This document shows, piece by piece, positions 19,940 to 28,058 of a stretch of 36,214 nucleotides of DNA. Below the pieces are notes generated by a model. That model was not told the origin of the DNA, made no database searches, and was given only the letters and a program-made list of their open reading frames with translations. Position 1 is the first letter of the stretch, and each line of letters opens with the position of its first letter. Origin of the DNA: a virus. Lineage: Duplodnaviria > Heunggongvirae > Uroviricota > Caudoviricetes. The position numbers and the translations under genes are program-made. Where the stretch lies: the IMG/VR virus record IMGVR_UViG_2541047804_000005; one strand, 5' to 3'.

Positions 19940-20223
19940 TTTGAGATTGTGGTGCTTTTTGTGGGAGTCATCCACTTACGCACTTTGTTTTGCCATGCCA
20001 GCAGTTAGCTTCTGCTGTAAAACTATTCATGCAGCAAACCTGCACTTCACCACAATGGTTAGCATACTTTTCCTGATTAAGATTTTGCCAAATATGCTAG
20101 CCATTGTTTCATGTATTGGACCTCCTTACTTTTTATTAAAGAGATCCAATATTCACTACTCTGTCCGTATCTCTACTCAGGCATCAGCCTTCTTCGTTAT
20201 CGTATACAGACGAGCGATGAATT

Positions 20224-20439
20224 TTAATCAGTAATGATGACATTTGCTGCTGCAGGACCTTTAGCACCACTCTCTATAGAGAAGGTAACCTTTTGACCTT
20301 CAAATAAGGTTCGATAATTATCATTCTGAATCGCAGAAAAATGCACAAACACATCTTTACTACCATCAACAGGAGAAATAAAGCCGAAACCTTTATCAGC
20401 GTTAAACCATTTTACTAAACCAGTCATTTTATTTGACAT
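20224..20439 (-). CDS. cspB: Cold shock protein, CspA family (CspB-like)
   Basis: 71-aa [26 protein letters not shown]...VFVHFSAI with both RNP motifs; divergent from the cspF-like gene as in Qin. Confidence 0.75.
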   Translation of the reverse strand: MSNKMTGLVKWFNADKGFGFISPVDGSKDVFVHFSAIQNDNYRTLFEGQKVTFSIESGAKGPAAANVIITD

Positions 20440-20739
20440 TCTACATTCCTTAACTTGAGCCTTTCGGCATAAATGGTTTGCATAACAGAAACGACTTCGT
20501 ACTTAATTGGAGAGACTCAAAGAAGGAATAAGTGAATAACACCTGAAATGAGAACTGCTTTAGTAAACTACTTCGTATATCGTCTGTTCTTCAAACCGAC
20601 GCAATCATTAACGCATAGTTGAACATATGAAGCAATGTTTATTTTAGACATCCAGCCATCTTCAACCCCATCAAAAAACTATAGCTTTCTTCAGGAACGT
20701 GTGTATAGTGCGCCAAGTTATCAGTATTAAGGAATTTTT

Positions 20740-20952
20740 TTGTCCCGTAAAATGACAGGAATTGTCAAAACCTTTGACGGCAAAAGCGGCAAGGGTCTTA
20801 TCACCCCATCCGATGGTCGTATCGATGTCCAGCTTCATGTTTCAGCGCTCAATCTCCGCGATGCAGAAGAAATTACCACCGGATTACGCGTGGAATTTTG
20901 CCGGATAAATGGTCTGCGTGGCCCTTCAGCTGCCAATGTTTACCTTTCATGA
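20740..20952 (+). CDS. cspF: Cold shock protein homolog, divergent CspF/CspH-like
   Basis: 70-aa [30 protein letters not shown]... with degenerate RNP motifs typical of CspF/CspH. Confidence 0.65.
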
Positions 20953-21233
20953 GCTATATTAAAGCTTTAATTTCAGGCCCCATCGGATCACACATGGAGA
21001 GTTTTTATGAATAACCCCGTCTGTCTTGATGACTGGTTGATTGGCTTTAAAAGCTTATGCTGTACTTTGGCCGTAATAGCTCTGCTAATAATATAATAAG
21101 CAGACTCATTGTGTTTAGGGACATTGTACTGGAAGAAAATATTTTAAACATCAGGCAAATAACCAAGTCACCAGCTAAATAATAAGTTAACAGACATGAG
21201 TCCCGGGATGAGATTCAACATTACCATTGCCCC

Positions 21234-21265
21234 ATTTAAAGCACAAAACCCGCTCATCAGCGGGT
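21234..21265 (-). terminator. Candidate tR' terminator downstream of Q
   Basis: CCCGC-TGATGA-GCGGG hairpin (plus 21248-21265) followed on the minus strand by TTTTGTGCTTT, about 45 nt downstream of the predicted pR' start. Confidence 0.4.
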
Positions 21266-21313
21266 TTTCTACTTTTTCTTAACGTCGGGTATACAAAGCC
21301 CATCGTTGAAAAA

Positions 21314-21342
21314 ATTTTATCCATATTTTTTGAAAAATGCAA
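21314..21342 (-). promoter_or_regulatory. Candidate late promoter pR'
   Basis: On the minus strand TTGCAT-N17-TAAAAT located 30-60 nt downstream of the Q stop. Confidence 0.4.
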
Positions 21343-21373
21343 ACATCATGTCGCCATCTTCAGCAAAAATCAT

Positions 21374-22126
21374 TTATCTCGTCACCTTCCTCAATTGCGC
21401 TTCCGCGTATGCTTCTTCCTGCCAGCACTTTGTTACCAGTTTATCAATGACGTCCGCATACCCCTTATACCACTGATAATCGGTCAGGTCTGGTACCAGC
21501 TTCTGGACATGACGTCGTGCCAGCGTGGTCGGTAAACGACTAAATCGGTTTCCATTACAACGCCCACAAATCTTATATACCGGTACGCCATGAAACCGGG
21601 TTCTTTTTTCATCCAGAACAATCCCTTTACCCTTACACCCTCTGCACGCTGTGCTGACTTCGCCCTTACCATGGCAATGCTGACATAGTTCCTTCACCCA
21701 TTCTTCCTTGATTACAGATTCCCCGCGTCTGTAGTGTTTCACCACTTCGCGCAATACATTATAAAATCCCGTACCTGAACAATGCTCACAGCGAGCCTTA
21801 CTTGCCGCAGACCTGGAGTAATCAGCAAAGGCAAAATTCACAAGGTAAGGAATAATCTGTAACCGGATTTCTTCACTCAATTTGTTCAATGTCGGGTTAT
21901 CCAGTGCCATCGCGTAATTTAGCAGGCCTTCAATCGCAAACTGAGGGTCCTGAACACCAACTTTTGCCAGAAATAAGGCCAACCCAAGTGGTGCTTTCGA
22001 CTGCACCATCCCCTGCGCTGCCATTACATCCGTAATTGTTAAACAACCGGTGCCTGTCGCTGGAGCGTCATCGCTCAATTTTGGAGATTTTGGGGAGTAA
22101 TATTTTGGTAAGGCTTCAAGGTTCAT
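21374..22126 (-). CDS. Late antiterminator Q (phage 82 / QuuQ type)
   Basis: 250-aa ORF with several CxxC pairs (CEHCSGTG, CQHCHGKG, CRGCKGKG, CGRCNG) characteristic of 82-type Q proteins; located upstream of the lysis region. Confidence 0.8.
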   Translation of the reverse strand: MNLEALPKYYSPKSPKLSDDAPATGTGCLTITDVMAAQGMVQSKAPLGLALFLAKVGVQDPQFAIEGLLNYAMALDNPTLNKLSEEIRLQIIPYLVNFAFADYSRSAASKARCEHCSGTGFYNVLREVVKHYRRGESVIKEEWVKELCQHCHGKGEVSTACRGCKGKGIVLDEKRTRFHGVPVYKICGRCNGNRFSRLPTTLARRHVQKLVPDLTDYQWYKGYADVIDKLVTKCWQEEAYAEAQLRKVTR

Positions 22127-22630
22127 GCTCGTTCTCCACTTACGCCAGTACGCCAGTTGCCAGCGCGCGATCGATAAAACGAAATATCAGCTCCAGTTGG
22201 GAGCCATACTTCTCTTCAAATGCCACTGTATCCGTATGCAGCTCGTTGTGATGCTTTCTGCACAAAGGCAACACAAAGAGATCATGTGCTTTTGTTCCCA
22301 TTCCGCCCTGCCCGTGACCAATCAGATGATGCGGATCGTCGGCTGGCATACCGCAGCAAGCACACGGCTGTGTCTTAACCCAACGAGTGTATTTCTCCTT
22401 AACCCAGCGGCGACGTTTAGGCAGCTTCATGAAAGATTCCGGAGACTCTGGATCAACGGTGATGCTTACCACCGTCTTTTCCTGTGGTGGTTTTTGTTGC
22501 TGGTGGGCGTAAGGCAACGGTGCAAGATTTTCTGTGCGTTGTTTCAATATGCTGGTGGCGGTCTGCTCTCCCTGTACGATGTCGCTTTCGCGGTACACCG
22601 AGCAGATTTTTTCCGCTGGTAATCCCAGCG

Positions 22631-22639
22631 AACGACGCG
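22631..22639. repeat. IS1 target site duplication, left copy (AACGACGCG)
   Basis: Identical 9-mer directly abuts both IS1 termini. Confidence 0.85.
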
Positions 22640-22654
22640 GGTAATGACTCCAAC

Positions 22655-23158
22655 TTATTGATAGTGTTTTATGTTCAGATAATGCCCGATGACTTTGTCA
22701 TGCAGCTCCACCGATTTTGAGAACGACAGCGACTTCCGTCCCAGCCGTGCCAGGTGCTGCCTCAGATTCAGGTTATGCCGCTCAATTCGCTGCGTATATC
22801 GCTTGCTGATTACGTGCAGCTTTCCCTTCAGGCGGGATTCATACAGCGGCCAGCCATCCGTCATCCATATCACCACGTCAAAGGGTGACAGCAGGCTCAT
22901 AAGACGCCCCAGCGTCGCCATAGTGCGTTCACCGAATACGTGCGCAACAACCGTCTTCCGGAGCCTGTCATACGCGTAAAACAGCCAGCGCTGGCGCGAT
23001 TTAGCCCCGACGTATCCCCACTGTTCGTCCATTTCCGCGCAGACGATGACGTCACTGCCCGGCTGTATGCGCGAGGTTACCGACTGCGGCCTGAGTTTTT
23101 TAAATGGCGGAAAATCGTGTTGAGGCCAACGCCCATAATGCGGGCGGTTGCCCGGCAT
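22655..23158 (-). CDS. insB: IS1 transposase InsB frame (expressed as InsAB' by -1 frameshift)
   Basis: 167-aa ORF inside IS1 with the IS1 InsB sequence as remembered. Confidence 0.85.
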   Translation of the reverse strand: MPGNRPHYGRWPQHDFPPFKKLRPQSVTSRIQPGSDVIVCAEMDEQWGYVGAKSRQRWLFYAYDRLRKTVVAHVFGERTMATLGRLMSLLSPFDVVIWMTDGWPLYESRLKGKLHVISKRYTQRIERHNLNLRQHLARLGRKSLSFSKSVELHDKVIGHYLNIKHYQ

Positions 23159-23352
23159 CCAACGCCATTCATGGCCATATCAATGATTTTCTGGTGCGTA
23201 CCGGGTTGAGAAGCGGTGTAAGTGAACTGCAGTTGCCATGTTTTACGGCAGTGAGAGCAGAGATAGCGCTGATGTCCGGCGGTGCTTTTGCCGTTACGCA
23301 CCACCCCGTCAGTAGCTGAACAGGAGGGACAGCTGATAGAAACAGAAGCCAC
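23077..23352 (-). CDS. insA: IS1 InsA (transposition repressor)
   Basis: 91-aa [46 protein letters not shown]..., the canonical InsA length and zinc-finger sequence. Confidence 0.9.
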   Translation of the reverse strand: MASVSISCPSCSATDGVVRNGKSTAGHQRYLCSHCRKTWQLQFTYTASQPGTHQKIIDMAMNGVGCRATARIMGVGLNTIFRHLKNSGRSR

Positions 23353-23407
23353 TGGAGCACCTCAAAAACACCATCATACACTAAATCAGTAAGTTGGCAG
23401 CATCACC

Positions 23408-23416
23408 AACGACGCG
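23408..23416. repeat. IS1 target site duplication, right copy (AACGACGCG)
   Basis: Same 9-mer as at 22631-22639. Confidence 0.85.
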
Positions 23417-23967
23417 ATACAGCCTCAGGTAGTGCATCCACCACCTGATTGCAGACCGCCCACCAGGATAATTCAGCCAAAGATAATTCCCGCTCCTGCG
23501 TACCGCTTATTGCGTGACGGATGACGTCAATCACCCATGCTGTCAGATTTTGTTGAGCAAGCAGCTCCAGTGATTCCGATGTCTGGTCACGCAGTTGGTT
23601 GTCGCAGTGCCAGCACAACACCATTGCGCCGGTACCATAACGGTGAATGACTGTTTCAGTGTGATGGTAATCGCCATTAGGCCACTGGCAGGATGTAACA
23701 TGACGTAATAGCCAGTCAGACAATGCGCCAACGCCGCCAGTAGCACGAATCACCCGTTCGTTACTAAAAAACGGCAGCAATGTTTTGTCTTCTGCCAGCG
23801 GCTGGCGAACGGCAGGAACGACTCCGGATGGCAGATTTCGCATGCTTTTTGGTTCCGGTTCCACCAGCACTCGAGGATTATGAAATATCTGTATGGATTC
23901 ACGGCCCGGCTTAAGGACCACCAGCCCAAGCTCAGGCACCAGAACAGGTCTAAGTAATACCCGCACG

Positions 23968-24246
23968 TTACCTCCAGATCCGTTGCTGGAAAGTGCGGGA
24001 CGCACGTGGTGGGCGTTCGGAATAAGGCAGCCTGACAGAGATTATCCAGTGCCGATAGTCGAGACTGAGAGCTTTCTTAACCTCGAACCCGCGCCTGCGG
24101 TAAGAATGAATCAGCCATTCGGCCTGTTCTGCAGTGCATGGAGGGTGCTGGAACCATTCAGACTTGAATGCGTGAGAATACCGCCCGTGCGTGCAGGCAA
24201 GAACGGGCGAATTATCAGAATTGTAATATTTTACGTTGCGTGCCAT
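23968..24246 (-). CDS. Hypothetical prophage protein (92 aa)
   Basis: ORF upstream of the DUF968 gene, overlapping its start; no family recognised. Confidence 0.35.
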   Translation of the reverse strand: MARNVKYYNSDNSPVLACTHGRYSHAFKSEWFQHPPCTAEQAEWLIHSYRRRGFEVKKALSLDYRHWIISVRLPYSERPPRASRTFQQRIWR

Positions 24247-24312
24247 CGGTTTTCTCCGGTGGCACGGTGTTACTCAGCGGGAGTTCAGCCCCGCGCAAGA
24301 TTGTAGATGAGT

Positions 24313-24564
24313 TTATTCTTCTGCAAAAGCAGAAAAGCCAGCTTTTATTCCGATCTCTTTCAATGCCTGTAATGAAGTGACAAACTCACCTTCGCGCAAG
24401 ATAAATCCGTCCGTGACCCGAGCATCCACAAAATTAATTAACGCAGCCCCATTCTTTCGCAAACACATAATGCGGTAATGACTAACAAGATTTCCATTTT
24501 CAACGCACACAGCATAGAGGCCATCTTCACAAAAAATTTTACGCAGTTCTTCGATGTTCATCAT
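24313..24564 (-). CDS. Hypothetical prophage protein (83 aa), possibly Rem-like by position
   Basis: ORF between hok and the DUF968 gene, where Qin carries rem (83 aa); sequence not independently recognised. Confidence 0.35.
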   Translation of the reverse strand: MMNIEELRKIFCEDGLYAVCVENGNLVSHYRIMCLRKNGAALINFVDARVTDGFILREGEFVTSLQALKEIGIKAGFSAFAEE

Positions 24565-24680
24565 CAGAATCCTTCCGGATAATTAGCTCTCCCCTTTAAG
24601 GGACCATCCCTCTTATCCCTGCGCGCTACTTAAGTATTTTTGATTCTATTCCGGCACCGTCCAGATCTTCAAACGCGTTG

Positions 24681-24710
24681 AAAATAAAAACAAAAACCCG
24701 CCGAAGCGGG
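24681..24710 (-). terminator. Rho-independent terminator of hok mRNA
   Basis: CCCGC-TTCG-GCGGG hairpin (plus 24697-24710) followed on the minus strand by TTTTTGTTTTTATTTT, about 70 nt after the hok stop. Confidence 0.6.
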
Positions 24711-24780
24711 TTAAGTGCGGGTGCGTTGAGGATGCCTGCCACATCAGAGGTGGCGAGGGATTTCTCCCTCGCCGGGTCTC

Positions 24781-24936
24781 TTACTCCTCAGGTTCGTAAG
24801 CTGTGAAGACAGCGACCTCCGTCTGGCCGGTTCGGATTCGTACCTCGCAGAGGTCTTTCCTCGTTACCAGTGCCGTCACTATGACGGTTAAACAGATGAC
24901 GATCAGGGCGATTAACATCGCCTTTTGCTGCTTCAT
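24781..24936 (-). CDS. hokD: Hok-family type I toxin (HokD/RelF-like)
   Basis: 51-aa ORF MKQQKAMLIALIVICLTVIVTALVTRKDLCEVRIRTGQTEVAVFTAYEPEE: single transmembrane helix plus the conserved Hok C-terminal Cys region. Confidence 0.85.
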   Translation of the reverse strand: MKQQKAMLIALIVICLTVIVTALVTRKDLCEVRIRTGQTEVAVFTAYEPEE

Positions 24937-24993
24937 AGCCTGCTTCTCCTTGCCTTTCGGCTCGTAAGAGGCTAACCTACATGTGTCTAGCAT
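24781..24993 (-). CDS. Mok-like reading frame (in-frame N-terminal extension of hok)
   Basis: ATG at 24991-24993 opens a 70-aa frame (MLDTCRLASYEPKGKEKQA-MKQQK...) that runs into hok, resembling MokC-type arrangement. Confidence 0.5.
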   Translation of the reverse strand: MLDTCRLASYEPKGKEKQAMKQQKAMLIALIVICLTVIVTALVTRKDLCEVRIRTGQTEVAVFTAYEPEE

Positions 24994-25050
24994 GAAATTG
25001 GCCTCAGATTAATGTTAAGCGTCTTGCAGGACGCGTAATGTTAACTGGGG
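24985..25050 (+). ncRNA. Predicted Sok-like antisense RNA
   Basis: Plus-strand TTGCCT-N17-TAACCT (24950-24978) would start an antisense transcript across the mok start codon and ribosome binding site; a short hairpin GCGTC-TTGCAG-GACGC lies at 25010-25025. No clear U-tract terminator; ends are approximate. Confidence 0.3.
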
Positions 25051-25111
25051 CTTTTCTCTATCTGCCTTTGGTGTTCATGCCCGAGGCAGATAGCCTCAAG
25101 CACCCGCAGCC

Positions 25112-25140
25112 ATTCTACTTAACTACCGTTACCTCGCCAA
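25112..25140 (-). promoter_or_regulatory. Candidate hok/mok promoter
   Basis: On the minus strand TTGGCG-N17-TAGAAT, followed by a 5' leader with a 9-bp stem hairpin (CTATCTGCC...GGCAGATAG, plus 25056-25091) about 110 nt upstream of mok. Confidence 0.4.
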
Positions 25141-25610
25141 TATGAAATCAGTCAGAAAGGCGATCCATAAGAACAATAGCAAGACAATAAATCGCCATTA
25201 CAGCCGTAATAGCCAGCGCACATTTGAGAACCAGCACCACAACCTCCTGTATTGGACGTAGACCAGTCCTGATGAATATGAGGCTGTCTCGTCAGTGATT
25301 CAATACAACTATTGGGTATAGTTTCTCTGATTTTTTCTGTGGAAATGGGGCACAACCACTAGTCACCACCAGCACTTCTTTTAATACGCAAAGTCCGACA
25401 CAAGCTAACCTTCTAGTCCGCTTTGAGCGAAAAACAGCCATAATTTAGTGCCACGTATATAATGATAGAGCTATTCAAGCTAGCAATTCACATGTAAAAA
25501 TTCAGAGGGTAGAAGCACATAGTTATAAATGTTGGCTCCATCGACAAATTGCGGTCTCAAGTACATTTATTAATGTTGCCCCCGCATTAACAAATCATCA
25601 AGGTGACGAC

Positions 25611-27398
25611 ATGGACGATATTAATATCAGCCTCGACGAACTTAACACTATTGATTTATCCCCCTTAATCCAGAGTAAGCTGCCAGTTACCTGCTTTGAT
25701 ATCACAAAGTATCTTTCTAGCCTAGGTGATGGAAGAGCGGAGATAAGACTGCTAACCCATATTTGCGGTTTTCACTTTCGTCCCGAAAATCCACAGGTAC
25801 CATTTGGTCCGTGCTTTCAAAGCAGCCAAGGTAGATCTGCAATTCCGGATGACATTAACGGGTTGTCGCTGGAGGTACTTTCTCAATTTTGCCCGACGAT
25901 AGAGCTACCCGAACTTCAAGCTCGTATTGCTGATACACTTTGGGTTCGTAAAATTGGTGGAATCCGTTTTCCTTTGCTGGCAGTCCGTGCTTATTATGCG
26001 TCCAGTATAGCTATTATGACATCGCAAGGGACGTGGGTTAGTGCTTTAGAACGCCTAGAGCGTGCGCTTAGGCTGTGTTGTTTTTTTCGAAAGAATACTG
26101 ATTTCAGGGATGAATTTGATCAGCTTTCGGCACATCTACTAGCAGAGTATGAACGTACCAGAGAACAAGGCGATTCACCTTATCCGCTGCGACTCCTGCA
26201 ACTCGATATCGACTGTAAAGTGAGTGAGCCATCTTTTATTGCCCAGGAACTCCTGTTTCTGACAAAAAACTATCTGGCTCAAAAATTATTTTCATTTGCC
26301 GTCGATGCCTGTAAAACCGCAATCACGATTGCGAATAGGTGCTGTGACAGAGATACACAGTTTGAATTCTGGCGGCTTCTTGCCGATACACATCTGGAAG
26401 AGTCAAAATTCCAAGATGGCGGTATGATTTCGGCAGCCTGCATGCAGAATGCTATTGAAGCACTGGCTAATATTCCAGGAACCCGAATAGAACGTCTTGC
26501 GCTGTATGAAGAAATGCGTGATTACCAAATCGAATCCCGTCACCAGATGTCTATCCTTCAGTCTCCCCCTCAAGATATTAGTGAGATTGTCCATCAAGCC
26601 AAGAGTCGGGTAGTCGGAAGAGATATGTTTGATATGGTTTTCAGACTTGCGATGCTGGTCTGTCGGCCAACCAGCATTGAGAGACTTAAGGCTCAAGCAA
26701 TAGAACAAAAGGCCAACAGCATAGCTTGGATGTTTGGATCAACACATATTGATCATGAGGGAATGACACTTGCTCGCATACCCGCAGGATTGGGGATTGA
26801 TGATGCAAATGGGGCAGTTATTTGGCCCATAATGATGACGAGAATGCGTATCGACCATGAGTTGGCAGTAGCTGGGCAAATTATTCCTGCTACAGATGAG
26901 ATCACAATGAAATATCCAATCTCGGAGGCGTTTTTTCGCGATATGTTCATCAATCATCCCTTCATCCCGTTTGGGCATGAAGAGTTTTTCATCAAGGGTA
27001 TGGTTTGCGGTTTCAATGGAGATTTTATGACGGCATGCCACGTGTTGATTCCCCAGATCGAAAATAGTCTGAGATATGTGGCTAAAATTAAAGGTGAGGA
27101 ACCATCGCAGCTTCACGGGGACGGTTCGCAAGAGCGAAATGGACTCAAGGGATTACTAGATAATCCACTGATTATTGAAGCTTTCGGCGTAGACATAATT
27201 GGCAATCTTCAGGCCTTACTGGTAGATAAAATCTATGGTGATTTACGAAATCAACTAGCTCACGGATATGTGCCTGCCGGTTACTACAATCAACCTCCCT
27301 GCATTTTTGCATGGTGGCTTGTATTGCACATTCTAATGAACCCTACGGCGAGATACTGGCAAGCCACTTATGGCCAAGAGAGTGAGGCTCAGACTTAA
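25611..27398 (+). CDS. Orphan 595-aa protein with C-terminal HEPN-like Rx4HxY motif; candidate abortive-infection or defence RNase
   Basis: Long uninterrupted ORF with AGGTGA ribosome binding site, opposite in orientation to both neighbours, lower GC than the flanking phage genes. C-terminal LRNQLAHGY (R546...H551.Y553) fits the HEPN Rx4-6H / HepT Rx4HxY catalytic signature. No N-terminal domain recognised. Confidence 0.6.
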   Translation: MDDINISLDELNTIDLSPLIQSKLPVTCFDITKYLSSLGDGRAEIRLLTHICGFHFRPENPQVPFGPCFQSSQGRSAIPDDINGLSLEVLSQFCPTIELPELQARIADTLWVRKIGGIRFPLLAVRAYYASSIAIMTSQGTWVSALERLERALRLCCFFRKNTDFRDEFDQLSAHLLAEYERTREQGDSPYPLRLLQLDIDCKVSEPSFIAQELLFLTKNYLAQKLFSFAVDACKTAITIANRCCDRDTQFEFWRLLADTHLEESKFQDGGMISAACMQNAIEALANIPGTRIERLALYEEMRDYQIESRHQMSILQSPPQDISEIVHQAKSRVVGRDMFDMVFRLAMLVCRPTSIERLKAQAIEQKANSIAWMFGSTHIDHEGMTLARIPAGLGIDDANGAVIWPIMMTRMRIDHELAVAGQIIPATDEITMKYPISEAFFRDMFINHPFIPFGHEEFFIKGMVCGFNGDFMTACHVLIPQIENSLRYVAKIKGEEPSQLHGDGSQERNGLKGLLDNPLIIEAFGVDIIGNLQALLVDKIYGDLRNQLAHGYVPAGYYNQPPCIFAWWLVLHILMNPTARYWQATYGQESEAQT

Positions 27399-27616
27399 AG
27401 TGAATAAGTTTACGAAGTTGGCACTTCCGGATGCATGTCCATATGAGTTGAGGCGATTTGGTTAATAAGGTTGAGTGCTGCTGAAATTATTCGATGTCCG
27501 CTTTTGGCACAAAGCGGACAACCACGCCAGATCTACCCTGTGCCATGAAAAATGAGAATGTCAATTCACTCCTGAACTAATGCTTTTTAATCTAGTAACG
27601 TCTAAAATACCTAACA

Positions 27617-28018
27617 TTATCCCTGATAAAATGCCAGTATGCGCTGCATAACTTCACTCATCCGGCACTCGCGACAGATTATGTTTAGGCGACTGTCGTA
27701 GCGACGTATTTCTCCATCAGGTAACGACCAGATAAGGTCCGGATCAACCACAGCTGTTTTCTTCACCTTTGCCCTCGAGAGTTTTTTGCGGGCGTTTTGC
27801 CAGTCCTTACGCGCCTGTTCAGACGGGAATAACCCGTAGCCGGAGTTGTATACATCGCCACTGGCTACCAGCTCTCTGGCAAGAACGCTCATCAGATATC
27901 TAGTCGCACCTGTTTTAGCTTCCAGTTGCCGTAACGTCTCACGACCGCTCTGGCGCACGAGTTCCACCACCTGCCCTTTAATTTTTTCCCGCTCTTCTTG
28001 TGTAAAAACTTTTGCCAC
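27617..28018 (-). CDS. Hypothetical protein downstream of the replication initiator (133 aa)
   Basis: ORF in the position occupied by the helicase loader (P) in lambda but far smaller and without recognisable ATPase motifs; C-terminal CRECR. Confidence 0.4.
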   Translation of the reverse strand: MAKVFTQEEREKIKGQVVELVRQSGRETLRQLEAKTGATRYLMSVLARELVASGDVYNSGYGLFPSEQARKDWQNARKKLSRAKVKKTAVVDPDLIWSLPDGEIRRYDSRLNIICRECRMSEVMQRILAFYQG

Positions 28019-28058
28019 AAGTCCCCCTTAAAATTACCTCATGACCTGAAATCAAAAC

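Larger units (their letters stand above)
22640..23407 (-). mobile_element. IS1 insertion sequence (768 bp)
   Basis: Terminal inverted repeats GGTAATGACTCCAACTTATTGAT (22640-) and its partner ending ...AGTAAGTTGGCAGCATCACC (23407) match IS1 ends as remembered; contains insA and insB' frames with the A6C frameshift motif (rc of 23094-23100). Confidence 0.9.
22140..24005 (-). pseudogene. DUF968-family gene (YdfU-like) interrupted by IS1
   Basis: N-terminal 199 codons (23409-24005) run into the IS1 end; the reading frame resumes on the other side of IS1 in the same phase once one 9-bp duplication copy is removed, and continues into the 152-aa ORF with a C-terminal CxxC/HH zinc motif. Confidence 0.7.

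Noticed and set aside
19941-20234. 97-aa plus-strand ORF between the ydfK-like gene and cspB
   Set aside because: Hydrophobic, low-complexity, no ribosome binding site, and it lies across the cspB 3' region and terminator; likely spurious.
22689-23381. Plus-strand and extra minus-strand ORFs inside IS1 (22689-22979, 22940-23209, 23104-23319, 23169-23381)
   Set aside because: IS1 encodes only insA and insB' on one strand; these frames are antisense or out-of-frame artefacts.
24937-25600. Search for relB/relE upstream of hok
   Set aside because: No ORF with RelE or RelB character is present; the only frame there is the Cys/Gly-rich ORF, so this locus is hok alone rather than a relBE-hok operon.
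27500-27524. Hairpin GTCCGCTTT-TGGCAC-AAAGCGGAC downstream of the HEPN-like gene
   Set aside because: Good stem but no U-tract on the plus strand and only a weak AT-rich tail on the minus strand, so a terminator call is not supported; could still be a structured 3' end.
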